Positions 38,150 to 49,902 of a DNA stretch of 64,000 nt are shown here, piece after piece. The stretch spans positions 126,854,001-126,918,000 of the forward strand of contig CM059431.1 of the NCBI GenBank assembly GCA_030390025.1. Direction: 5' to 3'. The notes under the pieces were generated by a model. That model saw only the letters and a list, made by a program, of their open reading frames with translations, searched no databases and was not told the DNA's origin. The translations under genes and the position numbers were made by a program. Origin of the DNA: Squalus acanthias. Taxonomy: Eukaryota. Positions within the stretch are counted from its first letter, which is position 1. Every line of letters starts with the position of its first letter.

Positions 38150-39100
38150 AAGTTTACAATGATAAAAGCAAGAATTGATGGTAAAGCTGGCCACAGCCAT
38201 CAGGATCTCAGGCCACTGTACCCTGCAACGTCACTATAATACTAACCAACCAGCAGATCACATTGATGCAATTTGGAGGAACATAATTACACAGAGTGAT
38301 CACAACAGACAGATGAGGGAGGACAAGTACTAGTGGCTGTGATGCCTTGCCTCCAGATTCAGATGTCTGAAGGGCTGTTTACATACCTAGGATGCTGATT
38401 CAGCATCAACATCAGTCACTTCTTTTCATAGAGCAAATGTTGCAAAGTCTGGGGAATAGCGAAGATTTACACTAGAATGGAATAAAGGTTTCAAAAATTG
38501 CAGTCTGCTATGGAGAAGTGGCAACATCCTTGGCATTTGCAGTGGTAGCCGCAAGAACATAGAGCATATCTACAGTGAAAATATTTATTGGGAGTCCTCC
38601 AAGAGACTTCATGGAGCCATTGGGGTGTAAAATTCAAGAGAGTGGGGCTGATTTTAGTATGTGGGCTTTAAGGATTAGTACCTGTTTGAGACAAATTGCG
38701 CTGAATCTCTGCAGGGTTTAGTCAGTGACTTTGAGGGGCACACACTGGGTGAGCTGGAGCAGGTGGTGGTGGTGGTATCAAAGAGTACCAGCTCATGTCC
38801 ATTCTCTGTTGCAAAGCGCAGGAAGGTGGACCTTATGGACCCAGCTTTGTAAAGAAGGATCCTTTTTGAGCACAATAGATTGTTGCAGCCATTTGGGATG
38901 GTAGCTAGGAGCTTTCAGCACATGGTGACTATTTTGGGGCTCTGATGCAGTGGATTGAAACTCTGCAATCTGCCAGAGAACATGGTGTCACTCCAGAGTC
39001 ACCTGTAGCAATGGCCATCATAGAGCTCCAGTAATAACATTGCTCAAAAATGCTTATGCCATTGCTATTCAAGCCCTATACTCTACTATCTTCTCCTTGG
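38150..39100 (+). pseudogene. Highly decayed Harbinger Myb/SANT gene remnant
   Basis: Segment GTGGACCTTATGGACCCAGCTTTGTAAAGAAGG parallels DADLKDPAIRRK of the 57.6-kb copy. Confidence 0.35.
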
Positions 39101-39542
39101 ACAGACACAGATTTGTGCACAAGGTGAAAAAAAACATAATTTTTTAAAAACATGCTTTACCCTAAACAATCAATTCCCCTGCTTCCTGTCGCTTTAAATA
39201 TTAAACTCCCCATCTCATCCATAGCAGTGTGCATACCAGTCACACCTCAGCGTTCCTTGCACAGAGTGGCTCCAGTAGAATTTTCTATTGTATTCAACCT
39301 GTATGTCATGAGGGATCCAGCAGGATAGAATTTCATGATTGGCTCGACAGTGTCGGTGGGAGGTCCAGCGTAGGAACATAAACAGGGCGTGCTACACGCT
39401 CTTAACAAGCATCCCAATGCAACTCATCGGCTCCAGCCAGCGCAATATTGAGCGGACGGTATGTCGATCCAGCCAGGGAAAAGGCAGATCGCAGGGGTGG
39501 TCAGGTGGCTCAGGGTGGCAGTAGCCGACATTATTCTATGTG

Positions 39543-39868
39543 TCGACTGTGGCTCAGTGGAAGCACTCTCATTTCTCAGTCGATTGTTTCGGATAAACTG
39601 AGGCCCTGTCTGCCCTCTCAGGTGGGCATAAACGATCCCATGGCATGATTTCAAAGAGGAGCTGGGGACTTTTCCCCAGTGCCTGGCCAACATTTATCCT
39701 TCAATGAGTATCACTAAAACCGATTACCTGGTCGTTATCACATTGCTGTTTATGAGATCTTGCTGTGTGCAAATACAACAGAGACTACACTTCAAAGGTA
39801 CTTCATTGGTTGTAAAATTTGGAATGTCCTGAGGTTGTGGAAGGTATTATATAAATGTAAGCCTTTTA
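39543..39868 (+). mobile_element. tRNA-headed Deu-domain SINE (SacSINE1-like), internally deleted
   Basis: A-box TGGCTCAGTGG; core AGGCCCTGTCTGCCCTCTCAGGTGG..GATCCCATGGCA; L2-like tail. Confidence 0.8.
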
Positions 39869-40867
39869 GTGGAGCTTGAAGAAGCCTTTCTGCTCCTCCT
39901 GGCCTCACAAAAATAATTTCAACACTTAATTATTTGGGCCTCTTCTGCTGTACCGCCAGGCTTTACTAAGTGGAGCATCCGCGGCACATGCTCTACCCAG
40001 TAGATATTTCAGAGGGCATCGGGGTCCTATGTGCATTAAAGGACCCTGATTTGATTGAGGTGGGCGCTTCGTCTGCTCAACAGAACGCTCCTGGAAAAAT
40101 GACGGCAGAGCAGGAACAGGACAGTAAGTCTGTCGCTCCCATTTTAACTCTGCTACTGCTATGTTCCTGCCAGGGGAGGGAGTTATGAATCATAATGAGC
40201 ACCAACTCTGGGCAGGATATCTCCAGGGTTCACTTCCTGTTGCCTTTCAGTTCCACAAAGTTCACTTCTGCTCCTTTTGCTTCTCCAGCAATATTATGTC
40301 AATCATTTCAATATTATGGCTTGTCCATTCCAGTGTAAATAAATTTCTAACGCTGTAATAAGTCTTAATTACTGCCAAACAACCTCACTTTTACAAGTCC
40401 TTCAGATTTTTATTACTGTTGGAGATTTTTAAAAATAAAAAACGATTTAATTTTTCTTTTTCCATGTCTCTTTTATCTCTCTCTCTTAATCTCATCTTAC
40501 TTTTCCTCTCTTTATTTTTCTTTATGAACCTGATTTGGCATTGAATTAACTATTCTAACTTACACTTCCTGGTTCAGACTGCGCACCTCAATAAGAATTC
40601 TTCAATCTGAAAGAGATGCACAATTGCTTGGCCTGTTCACACTGGTCCCAGATCCTCTGTAGAGGGCGCTGCACCAAAATGGATTTCTAAGCACCACAAG
40701 TTCCAGCGCAAAAGCCCACAGAAAGTTTGTGGGTAATTGTAATGAACGGCTGGCACTGTTCAATTGCTGCTGACCGCAAAATCCAGGACATTAATAACTT
40801 AAGCCATTAGCTAGGCCTTTTTCACATAATGTCTGCCTTACTGGTTATGTAATTGGTAGCCCAACTT

Positions 40868-40951
40868 CGACCTGAAACGTTAACTCTGTTTCTCTCTCCA
40901 CGGATGCTGCCTGGCCTGCTGAGTTTTTCCAGCGTTTTCTCTTGTTATTTC
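40868..40951 (+). mobile_element. Penelope pLTR terminal fragment (3' half of the hammerhead only)
   Basis: TCGACCTGAAACGTTAACTCTGTTTCTCTCTCCAC matches 22135-22210. Confidence 0.85.
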
Positions 40952-41519
40952 AATAACGGGTAGGTCAGTTGCTTCAATAATAGTTGGATCTGAGGACTGA
41001 GGTTCAGGTCTATGTGGATGTGAGGCTGGAAGCTGAGAAGAGCTGTAAGTGTCCAGAGACACAACTCGGGAAGGGATACTGGTGAGTAAGGGTCACTTCA
41101 AAGGAACCAAGATAATGACAGTAAAGGAGTTTTGGACAGGGAGGGGTGAATGTGTAGGGTAGGAAGAAAAGTTCTGAAGTATTGGTTTGTAATGGTGAGA
41201 GTAAATCACATTGTTAATTATTGGGAGATATAAGCCACTAGAAACTGTTTCTCCTTTGCCTATACATCTGGCATATGTCAATATAACCGAAGTATTAACT
41301 TGTGACTAAAGATACAACTGAAAACAAATGGGCTAAAGGTGCAGTACAATCAAATCATGGTTCAGATGAATTAATGAGAACAATTATTCATGTTTTGTAA
41401 TAGCTCAGATCATTAAAAAGCTATACAAAATATTGATTACATGATAGAATACTGTAACTGTGCAAAAATCTGAAGGCTTTTTATGCCTACTGAATTCAGA
41501 CGAAAAATGGAAACACAAT

Positions 41520-41970
41520 GGGACAATTTTAACCTTAAAAAACAAGTGGGTTAAGGGCGTGGGGGTAGTTAAGTGTTAAAAATCAGAATCCTGACCTGAA
41601 CCTGCCTCCAACCCGCCCACTTCCAGTTATAACGGAGACAGGATGGGAGCGGGCAGCCAATCTGCTGCCAGCAGGCCGGTCACCTATTTAAATATTATAA
41701 TAAGGCTGGAAACCTCTTCTTTAACCACCAGTTTGTGTTTAACTGTAGTTGGTCGGGTTTTGCACACCTCATGAAACCCACCAGCTAAAGTAAGGTGAGG
41801 ACTGCTGCATCCAGGAGGTAAGTACCTTTACACCAACCTCCTGGATCCAGGGTCCTTGCCTGACCCACCCCCGCGATCGGAGACCCCCTCTCCCCACGAG
41901 TTCTCCTGGGTTTCCCGACTGCCTCGGAGCCCCTCCGCCCCAACCCGCCTCCCCCATTAAAATTCAGCCC
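41520..41970 (+). mobile_element. Family D MITE, short form without expanded minisatellite
   Basis: TIRs GGGACAATTTTAA / TTAAAATTCAGCCC; homologous to 23504-24684. Confidence 0.75.
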
Positions 41971-42310
41971 AATATTACAGCAACCATTGATTGTGTCAGA
42001 GATTCAGGAAAGTCACGTTCAATAGATTCTGACTAATTGTTTTTTTTAAATGTTTACGGACAAAGGAAAGGGAAATGGGTCAGGGTGAATTATGGGTGAC
42101 CGATTCACTGCCGCCCATTTTACACTCCCATAGAAGGTGAAACTCCTGGAGAAAGATGAACTAATGATTTCAGGAGTCAGACAGCTTGCCTTTACCACGC
42201 CCGTTGAAGCTTTGGAGACATTTGCTATATTATTCACTGCTGCATTCAGGAGGTAAATGAATCTCTGCTTCATGATACATGATGCATTTAAAAAAGAATC
42301 AGTACATGTT

Positions 42311-42484
42311 GGGACTGAATTTCCGCAGGTGTCCTCCCCATCATCTGCTGTAATATCGGTGGAAGAGCCGCAGAATCTGGTTAAATGGCATAAACAGCAG
42401 TTAGCCCTTTATATGAGGCTTCCGCAGTTCATTCGCTGAAGTTACAGCAGACGATCGGAAAAGCCCCTGAGGAAATTCACCCCC
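42311..42484. mobile_element. Short palindromic MITE
   Basis: GGGACTGAATTTCCGCAGG..TCTGCTGTAA / TTACAGCAGA..CCTGAGGAAATTCACCCC. Confidence 0.65.
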
Positions 42485-42729
42485 AATGTTTATGTGCAAC
42501 CTAACATATCTAAATATCATCTGCTAATTCATCAGAAAGAAGAGCTGATCAGAAAAAGGAGCTCATTCAATACAAACGTTCACAAGAACTAAATGAATGA
42601 CAAGACATCTAAATGAATACTTCCATGGCAGTTGGCAAGACAAGTTAAAATTAGTGATTAGGGTTAGTTTTGAAGTTTCCCAATTACAGTGTTTCATGGT
42701 TGCACTGGTATAAGGTGAAAGAAGGCCCA

Positions 42730-43000
42730 CAGGGAAATCAGCAGGCACCAGAGCTAGATTGCCCACACCTACCATATACCACCAACTGTATCTGCAGGCC
42801 CTGGCATAGTACCTGGCCATGACTTCAAGGAACTGGCTCCGCAAGTTCTATGGCAGTACAGGTCCCATTGTAGATCTTTGGTGTTTGTTGCAAGGACACC
42901 TGCAACCAACTTGTGCCGTAGCTATGCCATTGCCAGTAAGAGTCAAGGTCACTTTGTCCCTCAGTTTATTTGCCACAACTCCCTACCAAGCAAGATGCAC
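42730..43000 (+). pseudogene. Harbinger transposase N-terminal fragment
   Basis: DLWCLLQGHLQPT..PLPVRVKVTLSLSLFAT. Confidence 0.55.
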
Positions 43001-43823
43001 TGTTGTCCTCTAGGGCAGGTCCCTTGAAGTTCTAAAGAAGACAACCCGCCTCTTACCCATGTCATGTAGCAGCATCTTCTCTTTGTCAGCCTTCAAATTT
43101 GGGGTTTGGGTGGAGCACTGCTCCATCATTTAGCTGTAGACTCTATTTCCTGCCTCTACATTTATATTGCCAGAATTTTTTTTGCCCCTTTTGAATGGCA
43201 GAAATATACATTGAAATATTTATAGCTTTTTTAAAGACAAAAAATACTGTTCTATTATGAGACCATGTAACTTTTAAATGGTCACATGACTTTAAGGGCT
43301 CGATTTTGCCAAGCCCAAGGCGGCAGGATTGGAGGCGTGTGAGTTGTTAAAATCGCCAAAAATGGCAGGAGGGCCCGATCCCGCCTCCATCCCGCCTCCG
43401 AGCAATTTTCCCAAATGCGTGTTTTCTGACTCCCTTTCCATCCCGCCTCCAAGAGGCAGATAGGCCCTTAAAGCCTTTAACAACCACTTAATAGCCTCTA
43501 TAATCCCATTTTGAGAGGCCTTTCCGATTTTTAGTCATTCGCCCCATCCTTCACACCTCCTCTGGAACACGCCAGGTAATCCTGGCGGCCTCACCAGTGG
43601 ATTGCTTATTCACAGCTGCAGCTCCACCATTACAAAGGAATTTTCACCAATGATCATTTGCAGGTGGCAGGACTTTGTTGTTTCAGGTCTGGGGGAACTT
43701 TTAGCAGGCATACTCAGTGTTGTGGAAGTTTGGAGCCTGACACCCATCTCCAGTTTGACCTCTGGGAAACCCCTCTCCCCACCTTGACTAAGCGCTTCCT
43801 CAACTGAGGCATATTCCAGAAGC

Positions 43824-44050
43824 ATGGCGACCATTTAATTCCTTTCCTCCTGGACTACAGATTCGGATGAAGACCAGCCGCAGCAGCAGCAGAACCATGA
43901 GCAGCAGCAGCACCAACAGCAGGAGCATCAACAGGAGCGCCAAGCTGCTGCTCACCCACCTGAAGCTGCACAGGCCAGAAGGCACCAGCGCACGACAACA
44001 TTGCTGCCCGGGATGCAAGGGATGCATTCATCCTGGACAGATTTGCTTAG
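43824..44050 (+). pseudogene. Harbinger transposase remnant: N-terminus joined to C-terminus, DDE core deleted
   Basis: ATG..DSDEDQPQQQQNHEQQQ.. runs directly into AARDARDAFILDRFA*. Confidence 0.6.
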
Positions 44051-44138
44051 CCTGCACAATCAAACAATTAAGTCTCGTTCCTTCTTACCAGAGCATCGAC
44101 AATGGAGAAGAAGCTGCGGAATCCTATCACTCTGACAA

Positions 44139-47100
44139 CCTTCTCTTCTTAGGCAGTCCCTGGGAATCAAGGATGACTTGCTTCCACGTTAAAAATGAGT
44201 TCGCAGGTGACTGATGAGTCCAATGCGGGACCTACAGTCTCTGTCACAGGTGGGGTAGACGGCGGGTGGGTGGGGTGCTTGGGTTGACGTGCGCTCCTTG
44301 CGCTCCCTGCGTTTGGCTTCCGCCTGCTCCCAACGAAGAGACTCGAGGTGTTCGTTGCCTTCCCGGATGCTTCTCCTCCACTTTGTGCGGTCTTGGGCCA
44401 GGGATTCCCATGTGTCGGTGGGGATGTTACACTTTTTCAAGGAGGCTTTGAGGGTGTCCTTGAAGCGTTTCCTCTGCCCACATGGGGCTCTCTTGCCGTG
44501 CCGGAGCTCCAAGTAGAGCGCTTGTTTTGGGAGTCTCGTATCGGGCATGCGGACAATTTGACCTGTCCATCGGAGCTGATCGAGCGCGGTCAAAGCTTCG
44601 ATGCTGGGGATGTTGGCCTGAGCAAGAACACTGACGTTAGTGCGCCTATCCTGCCAATGGATTTGCAGGATCTTGCGAAGGCAGCGTTGGTGGTACCTCT
44701 CCAGTGCTTTGAGGTGCCTGCTGTACATGGTCCATGTCTCTGAGGCATACAGCAGGGCGGGTATCACTGCTGCTCTGTAGACCATGAGCTTAGTGCCGGA
44801 TTTGAGGTCCTGGTCGTCAAACACTCTCTTCCTCAGGCGACCGAAGGCTGCAGTGGCACACTGAAGGTGTTGTTGGACTTCGTCGTCGATGTCTGCCCTT
44901 GTTGACAGTAGGCTTCTGAGGTATGGAAAGTGGTCCACGTTGTCCAAGGCCTTGTCATGGAATTTGATAATCGGGTGGCAGTACTGTGTGGCGGGGGCAG
45001 GTTGGTAGAGGACCTTTGTCTTACGGATGTTTAGTGTAAGGCCCATGCTCTCGTACGCGTCGGTGAAGGTGTTGACGATGGTTTGGAGTTCGACCTCCAA
45101 GAGAGCGCAGACGCAAGCGTCGTCTGCATACTGTAGTTCGACGACAGAGGATGGGACGACCTTGGATCTGGACTGGAGGCGACGGAGGTTGAACAGTTGC
45201 CCGTTTGTTCTGTAAATTAGCTCCACTCCAGCGGGGAGCTTACTGAGGGTGAGATGGAGCATTGCAGCAAGGAAGATCGAAAAGAGCATTGGTGTGATGA
45301 CACAGCCTTGCTTGACCCCGGTTCGTACGTGAATTGGGTCTGTGGTGGATCCGTTGGTCAGGATCACGGCTTGCATGTCATCGTGAAGCAGGCGGAGGAT
45401 GGTGACAAACTTTTGAGGGCAGCCGAATTTGAGGAGGACACTCCATAATCCCTCACGGTTGACAGTGTCGAAGGTATTTGTGAGATCAAAGAAGGCCATG
45501 TACAGCGGTTGGTGCTGTTCCCTGCATTTCTCTTGTAATTGACGTGTCGTGAAGATCATGTCCATTGTGCCCCTTAGTGGGTGGAATCCGCATTGCGAAT
45601 CTGGGAGGAGCTCTTCAGCCACTGGGAGAAGGCGATGGAGGAGGATTCTTGCGATGACTTTCCCTGTGGCAGACAGGGAAACTCTTCTGTAATTACGGCA
45701 ATCGGACTTGTCACATTTCTTGAAGATGGTCATGATTACGGCATCTCTGAAATCCCCTGGCATGCTCTCCTCCTTCCAGATAAGAGAAATGAGTTCATGA
45801 ATTCGCACCAGTAGTGCTTCTCCGCCATGCTTTAGTGCCTCAGCGGGGATTCCATCTGCTCCTGAGGCCTTGTTGTTCTTCAGTTGTCGGATGGCCTTTT
45901 CAACCTCATGCCGGGCTGGGGTTTTGCTGAGATGGTGGTGGGTAGCATGCTGTGGGATGGAGTTGAGGACACTCGTGTTGAAGACAGAGTCTCGGTTAAG
46001 GATATCTTCGAAGTGCTCCTTCCAGCGGGCACTGACTGCCTCTCTGTCCTTGATGAGTACCTCTCTGTACTTGGCCCGCAGTGGGGTAGGGCCTTGGGTG
46101 CTTGGGCCGTAGGTGGCCTTGACTGCGCTAAAGAATCCATGCACATCGTGGTTGTCGGCTAGCTGCTGGATCTCCTGCGCTTTCTCCACCCACCATCTGT
46201 TCTTTAGGTCGTGAGTTTTTTGTTGGACCTCGGCCTTCAGGCGTCTGTAGAGCTGCTTTCTTGCTCTCGAGTTCTGTTGCTGTTTCCAGATCAGGAATGC
46301 CTTGCGCTTGCGGCTTATTAGCTCCTGGATCTCCTGGTCATTCTTGTCGAACCAGTCTTGGAGTTTCCTGGTCGAATGACCGAGCGTCTCTTCACAGGTG
46401 CTGATTATGGAGGCCTTGAGTGCAGACCAAGCGCTGTGGACACTCTGTGTCTCTGCATCACTGGGAGTCATCAGGTTGTTTGTGAGGCGCAGGATGAATA
46501 GGGCTTTCTTAGCAGGGTCTTTGAGTGCTCCAGCGTTAATTTTCCTGAGGCATTGTTTCTGTTGCCGCTGCTGTTTTGGGGCTGCATTGTTGGAGATGAC
46601 AGAGTGGATTAGGCAGTGATCTGTACAGCAGTCATCAGCGGGTGATGCGGATGTCCTTGCGGTCCCTCGCTCGGACGATGACGTAGTCCAGCAGATGCCA
46701 GTGCTTGGAGCGAGGGTGCTGCCATGAAGCCTTGTACTTGTCTCTCTGACGGAACAAGGTGTTGGTTATGACAAGGCCATGTTCTAAGCATTTCGACAGG
46801 AGGAGGGTTCCGTTGGAGTTGGCTTTTCCCTACCCACTCTCTGCCGATCACACCTCCCCAGAGGTCTGTGTCCTTTCCAACTCGGGCATTAAAGTCGCCA
46901 AGGAGGATCAGCTTGTCACCCGTTGGGACTCGGACAGGGATTGTTCGAGGCTGGAGTAGAATTCCTCTTTGGTCTCGTCTGTGACTTCCAGTGTTGGGGC
47001 GTACGCACTGATGACCGTAGCGCACTGGTTCCAGGCTAGGGTGAGCCGAAGAGTCATGAGACGCTTGTTTATACCGATAGGGGAGTCTCTGAGACGCCCA

Positions 47101-47745
47101 ACTAGCTTATTTTTTATGGCGAAGCCTACCCCATGGAGGCGGCGTTCTTCTTCAGGTTTGCCTTTCCAGAAGAAGGTGTAGCCACCACCTTGCTCCTTGA
47201 GCTGTCCTTCCCCTGCCCGCCGGGTCTCAATTAGGGCGGCGATGTCAATGTCGAAATGTCTGAGCTCCCGGGCAACGATAGCAGTACGGCGTTCCGGTCT
47301 GTCACTGTTGGGGTTGTCCATGAGGGTCCTGACGTTCCAGGTTCCGAACTTCATTTTAAAGGGTGGAAGATGCCTGTGCGTGAAATCTTTTAATGTGGGG
47401 TGACCGTTGCACACCAGCTACCACACGGGCTTGACAGAGCAATGTCTTGGTCCAATGGCAAGGGGATCCTGGACGATTGGAGACCAGGCTCTGCTACAAC
47501 GGCCTAGCACACACACACAAACATACTGCTACTGTCCTCCTCCCTCCTTCCCGCAGGTCCTCTCTGCCTGTGATTCGTAGGTTGCATTGTGGTCCTCCCG
47601 ACCTCGCTGTTGGCCCGTGCCGCACCTTCCCTGGGCCCCGACCCCGCTGCTGGTCCACACTGCGCCACCCCTGGGCCTTGACCTCGCTCCTGGGCTCGTC
47701 CTCACTCCTGGGTCCCGGCCAGAATGGTGGTCATCATCTGACCAC
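44139..47745 (-). mobile_element. Full-length RTE (BovB-like) LINE; ORF 47354-44189 with frameshifts at ~46470-46950
   Basis: MKFGTWNVRTL, ETR, LGDFNARVG (APE); KASGADGIP, QCGF, GVKQGC, QYADD (RT); C..C..H..H zinc finger; AAG-type tail; 11-bp TSD CA(C/G)TCTGACAA at 44128-44138 and 47746-47756. Confidence 0.95.
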
Positions 47746-48116
47746 CAGTCTGACAATCGCAAGGCGCCCTAAGCCCTCAATGTGAAAGTCCCATTTGTGA
47801 ACTGACACAGGCCAAAACTTCAACAGTTTGCCATCAAAACACTTTTAATACAATCACAATGATGGCTGGTCCAAAAACAAAACAACACAGCACCCAAGTG
47901 ACTACCCTTGTGACTACTTGTGCTTTATCTTCCTCTTACGTGTGCTCCTACGTGGTGCTACCCCTGTGGCTTCAGCAGATGTGGAGGCCCCTTGCTCACT
48001 TTCTTGCTGCTCCTGTCTCGAAGCCTTTAGCGGGCGTCCTCTGGGGTTGCGAACCTGTGAGGGCTTGGCAACATTCTGCTGCTCCTGCAGGCTGTGCAGG
48101 GGCTGAGATGCCCATC

Positions 48117-49902
48117 TCAGTTGGATGAGGCCTCTGGTGGGGCTCTGACCTGAGGGCTTTGCTGTGGCATGGTCGTGTGAGCGCTTGGAGAGGTGCCCCC
48201 ACTTCCTTGTTGTCTGTCACCAACATCCCTCTTATGGGTCAGCACCACTTCAGAGCTAGCAAGTGGCTTGACAGCACCTTGCTGCACTGCAGGGGGGCCA
48301 TGAGGACCCGTTTCTGCACTGGAAGTCTTACTCCAGAAGACTTGCATGAAGGTCTGGTTTGTTTGCTCAATAGCTGACCATCGCTCCTCAAGAAATGTCA
48401 TTCTATTCTGAACAATGACCATGTTTTCAATACCCTGGTGACTAAGCTCCTCCATGGCCGTTGCCACCCTCTCCTCTACCGTAGCCATTCTCTCCTCTAT
48501 GGTAGCCAGCCTTACCATGGAGGTAGCCATCCTTTCCACGTATGTTGCCATACTTTCCACGGTGATGCGTTCATGTGCCAGTGCCTCCACAAAGGCTCTG
48601 CTCATGTTCGCGATGGACACATCCATTCGCTGCACACTCGCAGTGACCCTGGAGACAAAACCTGCCAGAGATTCCTGCACCTGTTCCTGGAGTTCCAGCA
48701 CCGCTCTCCTTCTGGATGGACCCGGAGGCACAGGGTCGATATGCAGCTGAGCCGAGCTGGCAGAGACCTGCGCCCTCCGACGAGGACTCTCCACTGCTGT
48801 CCCTGTCTCCACCATCTGCTGATGCTCACTTGTGAGTTGTGATACACCAGGTGACAACACTACTCTATCTCGCGAAGGTCCCACCGAGGTGTGAGTGTCT
48901 GCGCTGGTGCTGGGTGCGCTTAATTCTGCTGACGCTGCGCCCTCAGAGGTTGCAGCTTCCTCTGAGGAGTCTGGAGGCTCAAGCTGTTCCTCCTGGACAG
49001 TGGGGACGGGGGCTGTCGATGGTCCTGTGGGGGAGTAAAGGAAAGAGTTAGAGATGTGAGGCCAAGGTTACATGCACATTGAATATTGCAGATGATCATA
49101 AGTCAATCTGTTCGAACATCAGAATCATTATCAGTGACTCATGCAATGTCAATGAGAGAGATTCCAAACTATTCTGTCACCAGCTTGTTGTGATCCGCCC
49201 ATCTGTCCATTCCCCACTTGGATATCCTCCTTGATCCCAGCATTTTCCAGGGCCGCCTCCTCCCATGGGGTGAGCTGGGCTACTGAGGGTGGCCCTCCTC
49301 CTGTCATGGCTCTTTCCCTCTTATTGTGGGCTCTCTTTTCCTGCAATGAGGGACACAAGTGGAGTTTGAGTGAGAATGAAGGAGTGAGTGCAGAGAATCC
49401 ATAGCATAGATGGTTAGAAGGATACAAAGGACCCTCCCTTTGTGTTGAAAGTTGTTGTTGTCATTGCATCACAGTGATAGGGAGTGTGAGGGCTGCATGG
49501 TCGAATAGTTAAGTGAATGTGACCTTCGAGAGAGAGGGAATGGGTAAGGGTGCAATGATGTAAGTGTCAAGTGGCATGTGGAGGAAGAGGTTGGCAAAGC
49601 AGAGTGCAGGTGAGGAGAGGCGATGGGGATCAGATTGAGGGTGATGGGAAAGTCATACTCACTTTTCCTGTGCGGAGAAGGTCATGAAACCTCTTCCTGC
49701 ATTGCAGCCAGGTTCTGCGGCTCAACGAAATGGAGTTGACCTCCTGGGCCACTTGTAGCCACACAGCTTTTGTCTGCTGGGGTGTTTTTTTTCTCCCTGA
49801 GAAAGGGAACAGCACCTCCTTATTACATCTGGCTCCGTGCACCAGAGCTTGGAGGGAGGTCTCATCAAATCGAGGAGCACACTTTTGCTTGATTGTTGAC
49901 AT
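48117..49902 (-). CDS. Harbinger Myb/SANT-like protein, exons 49902-49663, 49340-49181 and 49024-48117; 435 aa open, probably frameshift-truncated
   Basis: APRFDETSLQALV..LF..W.QVAQEVNS..RTWLQCRKRFHDL; canonical GT-AG introns in phase 0 and phase 1; 1308 nt in frame; basic tail PRRSTRKRK lies in another frame ending at 47914. Confidence 0.75.

Noticed and set aside
39543..39600. tRNA gene (also ~51390-51460)
   Set aside because: SINE heads with decayed boxes and no full cloverleaf
47402..47504. Canonical HDV-like or twister ribozyme call
   Set aside because: P1-like stem present, but no GG for P1.1, no HDV L3/J4-2 motifs and no pairable twister T2; kept only as an unclassified candidate
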